Assembly: GCA_029856045.1 (NCBI GenBank)
Contig: JAHQWG010000009.1
Location: 1-54,017, forward strand
Direction: 5' to 3'
Length of the DNA: 54,017 nucleotides
DNA from: Promethearchaeia archaeon
GTDB taxonomy: Archaea; Asgardarchaeota; Lokiarchaeia; Sigyniarchaeales; SOKP01
The translations under genes were made by a program, and so were the position numbers. The notes beneath the pieces are model-generated. The model saw only the letters and a list, made by a program, of their open reading frames with translations. It did not search any database and was not told the origin of the DNA. This document shows, piece by piece, positions 48,891 to 54,017 of this stretch. Each line of letters begins with the position of its first letter. Position 1 is the first letter of the stretch.

Positions 48891-49854
48891 AATCGCAATG
48901 ATATTGATATGGGTTCTATTATCTTTTATATTCGCCCTTTTCTATGAATGGTTTGACAGGAAGGTATATGCACGTTTTCAAAATAGGGTTGGACCACAAA
49001 TAACAGGTTATAAAGGAATATTGCAACCTTTGGCTGATTTTATTAAATTATTGAAGAAAGAGAGCATATTTCCAGTAGGAAGTAATACTTTTTTGATAAT
49101 ATTCTCTGCAATATCATCAGTTGCACTTATATTTTTTATATTGCTTTTTATTCCTCTTTATGATTTTAATGCTCCACTTTCGTTTAATGGAGATTTGATA
49201 TTACTATTCGGGATCGGAGTACTCATCGATATTTTAATTATCATAACTGGTTATTCCGTTGCTTGTCCCTATTCAAATGCAGGTGCAGCGCGAGAGGCTG
49301 AAATGATAATTTCCATTGAAATACCTTTCGGGGTATCATTAGCAACAATAATTGCTATATCCAAATCAATAAGTATAAAAGAAAATTTAATATTTCAATC
49401 CTTAGGCGTTCCTCTGATAATATTCGCCCCTTTGGGTTTTATTGCATACATACTCAGTAGCATGGCAAAAGTAGAGAAAGTCCCTTTTGATGCTCCAAAT
49501 GCTGAGTCAGAAATTGTAGCAGGATGGTCAACTGAAATCAGTGGGAGAACTTTAGCATTGTTCAGACTTTCCTCAGACCTTGATCTGTTTTTCTTGGCTT
49601 CTTTTGGAGCAGTCATTTTCCTAGGTGGTCCAACACTCCCTTATTTTAATCTTCCCGAATTATTGTTTTTTAATCAGATTTTGAATTTCATAATATTATT
49701 TATTAAAACATTAGGAATAATTTTTCTAATTACGATGATAAGAAGCCTTACGGCAAGATATCGTATTGATCAAGTAATTAAATTCTTTTGGAAAATTATT
49801 ATTCCATTAGCGATGCTGAACTTAATTGCAATCATTATGTTTGGTTTGGGGTGA
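48883..49854 (+). CDS. nuoH: NuoH/HyfC-like (ND1) membrane subunit
   Basis: DRKVYARFQNRVGP, GILQPLADFIKLLKKE, PFDAPNAESEIVAGWSTEISG, ARYRIDQ..KFFWK. Confidence 0.88.
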   Translation: MNKIAMILIWVLLSFIFALFYEWFDRKVYARFQNRVGPQITGYKGILQPLADFIKLLKKESIFPVGSNTFLIIFSAISSVALIFFILLFIPLYDFNAPLSFNGDLILLFGIGVLIDILIIITGYSVACPYSNAGAAREAEMIISIEIPFGVSLATIIAISKSISIKENLIFQSLGVPLIIFAPLGFIAYILSSMAKVEKVPFDAPNAESEIVAGWSTEISGRTLALFRLSSDLDLFFLASFGAVIFLGGPTLPYFNLPELLFFNQILNFIILFIKTLGIIFLITMIRSLTARYRIDQVIKFFWKIIIPLAMLNLIAIIMFGLG

Positions 49855-49860
49855 TACAAT

Positions 49861-50115
49861 ATGGAAATTTATATCATGTCACTAATCTTTTTTATTTTGA
49901 TAATAATAATCACATTAGCAATCTATTATGTAGATAAATTAATGGATGCCGTTATTTTTTTTACACTATTCAATATACTAATAGGAATATTTTACATATT
50001 GTTGGGTTATACTCTCTTGGGTATATTTCAGATAACAGTATATTCTGTTTCAATGGCAACTTTATTGTTTTATGTTATAAGTTTAATGGGAGGGGAAAAT
50101 AATAAAGAAGAGTAA
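49861..50115 (+). CDS. NuoJ N-terminal-like small membrane subunit
   Basis: Three TMs; YILLG...GIFQITVY resembles the NuoJ TM3 motif. Confidence 0.6.
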   Translation: MEIYIMSLIFFILIIIITLAIYYVDKLMDAVIFFTLFNILIGIFYILLGYTLLGIFQITVYSVSMATLLFYVISLMGGENNKEE

Positions 50116-50134
50116 AATCTTTTTATGTGTATTT

Positions 50135-50374
50135 TTGTTCTTATCAGTGGTAATTGCTATTCTTTATGCCGTCGAATTTGGGAATATTCAAAGCAATTAT
50201 GTTAATAACGCTAGTGATATATTAATAGGAGACAATGATGAATCATTTAATGTAATGATAAGTAAATTTGTTTGGGAATATAGAGGGCTGGAGATTATCA
50301 TAATAGCATTTATATTACTTGGTATATATGCGGGTATTTCAGCACAAATAAGGAAAGTCAATAATAAGGGGTGA
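50135..50374 (+). CDS. NuoJ C-terminal / MnhB-like small membrane subunit (start may be ATA at 50099 or 50102)
   Basis: VWEYRGLEIIIIAFILL resembles the 'w.yRglDt' MnhB motif; the frame is open upstream to ATA ATA after GGAGG. Confidence 0.6.
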   Translation: MFLSVVIAILYAVEFGNIQSNYVNNASDILIGDNDESFNVMISKFVWEYRGLEIIIIAFILLGIYAGISAQIRKVNNKG

Positions 50375-50393
50375 TATAAAAATCGATATAATA

Positions 50394-50696
50394 GTGCTTA
50401 TGTTCTTTTTAATAATTATTGAGTTTTTCATAGGTTTAGTAATTGCTGCTAGTAGTAAAAATGTAATTAAGATAATAATTGGGGTGGAAATTTTAATAAA
50501 TATAGCAAATGCATTTTTAGTCTTTTTTTCTGTTTATTTTTCGGGGGGCAGTTTAAACCCTCTCGTTGTAACTATCGTTATGATCTCAACAATAATTGCA
50601 GCAATCGTTGCTGCATTTCTTCTAATTATTATTTATATGATGCAAGAAAAATTTGATACACTTGATGCTGAAAAAATTAGTGAGCTTCGGTGGTGA
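50394..50696 (+). CDS. NuoK / MnhC-like subunit
   Basis: KNVIKIIIGVEIL, three TMs, C-terminal TLDAEKISELRW. Confidence 0.78.
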   Translation: MLMFFLIIIEFFIGLVIAASSKNVIKIIIGVEILINIANAFLVFFSVYFSGGSLNPLVVTIVMISTIIAAIVAAFLLIIIYMMQEKFDTLDAEKISELRW

Positions 50697-50699
50697 GAT

Positions 50700-51809
50700 A
50701 TGTATAAAGACGCGTGGCTAATATGTTTAACTCCAATAATCGGTTCATTCATTGTATATGGAATCGCAAAGTGGAAGAAATCATATACCGGCTATTTCTC
50801 GTTAGGTATATCGATAATTAATTTATTTTTATCGTTGAAAATTTTATATGATATAACAATATCTACTCCATCGCTTCCCTACCAAGATGTATTCAGAATT
50901 TATTTGATAATTATTATTGCCTTTATTTCAATTTTGTTTTTTTTCTATAGTTTGGAACATATACATGAAGATATCAACTTAGGTCAATATTGGTTCTGGA
51001 TAAATTTCTACTTAGGTTCTATTTTTATTTTATTGCTATCAAATATCGGTATTGAAATGGTATTAGCAATTTTAATGGTCTATTTCTCTAATTTGGGATT
51101 AATTTCGTTTCAGTATAAAAAAAGTGATGCAATTCCAGTTATTAGAATTGATATTGAAGACAAATATAATCGCCACTGCGGAATTAAAGCTATAATAACT
51201 ACTATAATCGCTATTAGTTTTATGGAGGTTATAATAATTTTACTTGAATTTGCAACAAAGAATTCTTTATTTCGTTTTACTTTTGAGTCATTCTATTTTC
51301 AATTACTTATAGGGGGTTTTATGATAGCTTACCCTTTTTATTTTGCAATAGAAATTTTTCCTTATGTCATATCATCGAAATCTCTTATGAAAGATATATA
51401 TAAGATTTTAGAAAATCAAGTGATCCTAAATCCTTTTTATCGTTTTTTTCTCCAAAGTATTAACAAATTAGGTAATTTAATGGAAAGCTTTCATTTATCA
51501 ATTGATAAGCTTTATCATAGTATTCCCCATGGGATTAACAAGTTAGGAAGTGCAATGAAAAGTTTTCATCAATATATCGATAAATTTTATCATCTCATCC
51601 CCCGTGGGATTAACAAGTTGGGTACCATCATGAGAAAATTCCATACATCACTTGATAAGCTTTACAGCATATTTGGATGTAGTGTTGGAAAGTTTGGTGG
51701 TATTATAAGGAAATTTCACTCTGGAAAAATTAATTTAAATTTAGTTTATTTTGTTGTTTGTATGTTTTTATCCCTTTTTTTTATATATATAATAATAATG
51801 GTGAGGTAA
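50700..51809 (+). CDS. Shortened NuoL/MrpA-like subunit with repeated amphipathic C-terminal helix
   Basis: NuoL-like N-terminal TMs (YSLEHI, LGLISFQY, GIKAIITT) and C-terminal RKFHSGKINLNL, but only 369 aa and lacking the antiporter core motifs. Confidence 0.6.
   Translation: MYKDAWLICLTPIIGSFIVYGIAKWKKSYTGYFSLGISIINLFLSLKILYDITISTPSLPYQDVFRIYLIIIIAFISILFFFYSLEHIHEDINLGQYWFWINFYLGSIFILLLSNIGIEMVLAILMVYFSNLGLISFQYKKSDAIPVIRIDIEDKYNRHCGIKAIITTIIAISFMEVIIILLEFATKNSLFRFTFESFYFQLLIGGFMIAYPFYFAIEIFPYVISSKSLMKDIYKILENQVILNPFYRFFLQSINKLGNLMESFHLSIDKLYHSIPHGINKLGSAMKSFHQYIDKFYHLIPRGINKLGTIMRKFHTSLDKLYSIFGCSVGKFGGIIRKFHSGKINLNLVYFVVCMFLSLFFIYIIIMVR
51459..51725 (+). repeat. Intragenic 75-bp (25-aa) tandem repeat, about 3.5 copies
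   Basis: Units start at 51459, 51534, 51609 and 51684: INKLGNLMESFHLSIDKLYHSIPHG / INKLGSAMKSFHQYIDKFYHLIPRG / INKLGTIMRKFHTSLDKLYSIFGCS / VGKFGGIIRKFHSG. Confidence 0.85.
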
Positions 51810-51815
51810 AAAAAA

Positions 51816-53324
51816 ATGTCAGAATTAATGTTAGAATTAAATATCTATCTATTTCCTATAACTCTACCGCTAATCGCAGCTGTAATAGTTTTAATTACTG
51901 GAAAGTGCCAAGAAAGTAAAAAGATATTGGGAGGAATCAGTACAGTTAGTTCTCTTATAGTTATATATTTTTCTTTCTTAAATTTAATCAAGTCTCAAAC
52001 CGCTCCTATTCTTCTCAACTTTAATACTGGAGGAACAATTATTGCAATTGATAGTCTTTCTGCGTTGATATCGCTTATCTCATCCATTCTTGGAATGATA
52101 GTAGCTCTTTATAGCATTGGCTACCTAGAGGAGGAAAGAATAACCGAATTCTATTTTCTACTCTTATTAATGATTTCAGCGTTAAATGGTGTTGCTTACT
52201 CCGGTGATCTCGTAACTCTTTACGTATTCTCTGAATTTCTTGCAATAACCGCTTATGTTCTGGTTGCATTTTATAGAAATAAGGAGGCTATTGAAGCGTC
52301 ATTTAAGTATATAATAATGGGTTCAATCGGTGCAGCCTTTGCATTGTTTGGAATAGCATATGTCTACATCATTTCAGGCACTACTGACTTAGCACAATTA
52401 CATGGTGTATTAAATAATCAACCCTCTGCGATTTATTATTTCCTTCTTATCATGTTCGTGTTTGGATTTGGTGTGAAGTCAGCAATCTTTCCGCTCCATA
52501 CATGGTTACCAGATGCACATTCAGCAGCTCCATCGGGAGTAAGTGCGATGCTTTCAGGAATTGTTATTGAAGTAGAATTGTACGCATTACTAAAGATATT
52601 AGCTTCTCTCTTTTACAATGGAACTACTTTACCTTTTGATGATATAACAATAGTTTTTTTGTTTATAATAGCTGCTTTAACTATTACAATACCAAATCTA
52701 ACGGCATTAGTACAAGAAGATATCAAAAGAATGTTAGCTTATTCCAGTGTCTATAATGTGGGTTTGATGTTAGTAGGTATAGCAGTGGGTACTCAAATGG
52801 CTTTATCAGCAACAATATTTCATATTCTAAATCATGAAATAGCAAAAGCATCTATGTTTATCTGTGCTGGAGCATTTATCAAAGAGGCAAAAACAAGGGA
52901 AATAGACAAAATGAGGGGGATAGGAACTATAATGAAAATTACAGGAACGATATTTACCATAACTGCATTCTATATAGCATGTTTTCCACCATTAGGAATG
53001 TTTTGGAGTAAATTATTTCTAATAGAGGTTACAATTGAATCTTCACAACAGGTTGGTTGGTTGGGAATTGTGCTTGCTGTTTTAATTGTGTTGAACAGTG
53101 TAATTTCTATAGGCTACTACTATGGTGTTCTCGTAAAAAAAATAGTATTTATTCCTAAAAATGAAATCTTAAAAGATATTCGTGAAGTTTCAGAAAAAAG
53201 TAAGATCATATTAACATCTGAGATAATACTTCTTGCAATTATGCTACTGATAAGCATCTTTTCAATTTTTATATTTGATATAATTAAAGCTTGTGTAATT
53301 TCTTTCTTATCAATTTATAGTTGA
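51816..53324 (+). CDS. Antiporter-like proton-translocating subunit (MrpD/NuoN/MbhH family)
   Basis: LYVFSE, EASFKY, GFGVKSAIFPLHTWLPDAHSAAPS..SA.LSG, KRMLAYSS, NHEIAKA, PPLGMFWSK. Confidence 0.88.
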   Translation: MSELMLELNIYLFPITLPLIAAVIVLITGKCQESKKILGGISTVSSLIVIYFSFLNLIKSQTAPILLNFNTGGTIIAIDSLSALISLISSILGMIVALYSIGYLEEERITEFYFLLLLMISALNGVAYSGDLVTLYVFSEFLAITAYVLVAFYRNKEAIEASFKYIIMGSIGAAFALFGIAYVYIISGTTDLAQLHGVLNNQPSAIYYFLLIMFVFGFGVKSAIFPLHTWLPDAHSAAPSGVSAMLSGIVIEVELYALLKILASLFYNGTTLPFDDITIVFLFIIAALTITIPNLTALVQEDIKRMLAYSSVYNVGLMLVGIAVGTQMALSATIFHILNHEIAKASMFICAGAFIKEAKTREIDKMRGIGTIMKITGTIFTITAFYIACFPPLGMFWSKLFLIEVTIESSQQVGWLGIVLAVLIVLNSVISIGYYYGVLVKKIVFIPKNEILKDIREVSEKSKIILTSEIILLAIMLLISIFSIFIFDIIKACVISFLSIYS

Positions 53325-53338
53325 GGTGTTATATTCAT

Positions 53339-53833
53339 ATGTCTGAAGGAATTGATTCTTTAAAACAACTTGAGGAGGTTTCTTTAGAGCATAAGGCAGA
53401 TAAAAATATCTATTTTTTCAAAATTGATAAAAAAAAATATCTCAATACCGCAAGATACCTAAGGGAACATGAATTCAGAAGGTTATTAACTGTAGGTGCG
53501 GTGGACTGGATAAAAGATAATTTATTTGAGGTATATTTTATCTTACATAATATGAACAAGAATGTTTATGTTAAAATTTCTACGTGCTTACCACGAATAA
53601 ATAAAGTTAAAATTGAAAGTATATCAAAAATATGGTTTAATGCTGCGTTGCACGAAAGGGAAATATGGGAAATGTTCGGTATAATCTTTGATGGGAATAA
53701 AATGTTAAAACCATTGTTTTTAGAAAATTGGATAGGACCACCTCCATTTAGAAAGGATTTTGATTGGAGGAAATACGTAAAAGAAAATTTCAATATAACA
53801 ATGCCAGAATTTAGAAGAGATAAAGCAAAATGA
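53339..53833 (+). CDS. nuoC: NuoC-like (30 kDa) subunit
   Basis: AVDW, FEVYF.L, SISKIWFNA..HEREIWEMFGI.FDG, PPFRKDF; ATG at 53339 follows GAGGTG and is preferred over TTG at 53321. Confidence 0.85.
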   Translation: MSEGIDSLKQLEEVSLEHKADKNIYFFKIDKKKYLNTARYLREHEFRRLLTVGAVDWIKDNLFEVYFILHNMNKNVYVKISTCLPRINKVKIESISKIWFNAALHEREIWEMFGIIFDGNKMLKPLFLENWIGPPPFRKDFDWRKYVKENFNITMPEFRRDKAK

Positions 53834-54017
53834 TCAAGAATACACTTAATATTATAAAAACAGGATTAAAACTATTAATAAGAAAACCCATTACATATAA
53901 ATTTCCTCCTGAGATGCCAGTCTCAAAAAAATTTAGGGGACGGCATAAATTTCATCCAAAAAAGTGTATATCTTGTGGAATATGTTCCAAAATATGCCCT
54001 AATGGAGCGCTTGAGAT
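53830..54017 (+). CDS. nuoI: NuoI-like [4Fe-4S] ferredoxin subunit (truncated by window end)
   Basis: Hand translation MIKNTLNIIKTGLKLLIRKPITYKFPPEMPVSKKFRGRHKFHPKKCISCGICSKICPNGALE; FRGR and CxxCxxCxxxCP motifs; ATGA overlap with nuoC. Confidence 0.85.
   Translation, partial: MIKNTLNIIKTGLKLLIRKPITYKFPPEMPVSKKFRGRHKFHPKKCISCGICSKICPNGALE

Noticed and set aside
51459-51725. 75-bp periodic repeat as a CRISPR array
   Set aside because: In-frame coding repeat with degenerate units, no repeat/spacer structure and no cas genes.
9373-53793. Other antisense/overlapping ORFs in the track (e.g. 9373..9645, 16551..16733, 19903..20256, 23690..24079, 39760..40155, 46642..46938, 53566..53793)
   Set aside because: Opposite or overlapping conserved genes; translations look like reverse-frame artefacts.

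Overview
AT-rich archaeal chromosome segment, most consistent with an Asgard archaeon of the Lokiarchaeia type (inferred from archaeal-type PheRS and CoaD, DUF1512, three IPG[FY]-TM-basic-tail 'Loki-CTERM'-like surface proteins and several eukaryote-like domain proteins). In order: the end of a Sir2 gene; three large secreted, C-terminally anchored glycoproteins; a co-oriented minus-strand trio (repeat/Zn-ribbon protein, 7TM protein, degenerate Ras-like GTPase with Zn finger); radical SAM, guaB and purH; a large HEAT/winged-helix protein; a translationally coupled phosphonate operon (PEP mutase-cytidylyltransferase fusion, phosphonopyruvate decarboxylase, Fe-ADH-type phosphonoacetaldehyde reductase, second cytidylyltransferase) converging on a TagF-like transferase; a four-UEV/RWD + RING-like protein with FANCL-like architecture; a dTDP-rhamnose operon; a bacterial-type RNase PH; pheS-pheT-pheA; coaD, DUF1512, two SCP2-like proteins, ppdK and a Vps29-like phosphoesterase; an Fe-ADH/AOR pair; an unannotated 52-aa ribbon-helix-helix regulator next to a duplicated palindromic promoter; and a complex I/group-4-hydrogenase-like membrane operon that runs off the right edge. 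I saw no rRNA, tRNA, CRISPR array or transposase. All family assignments come from motif recognition by eye, not from database searches.
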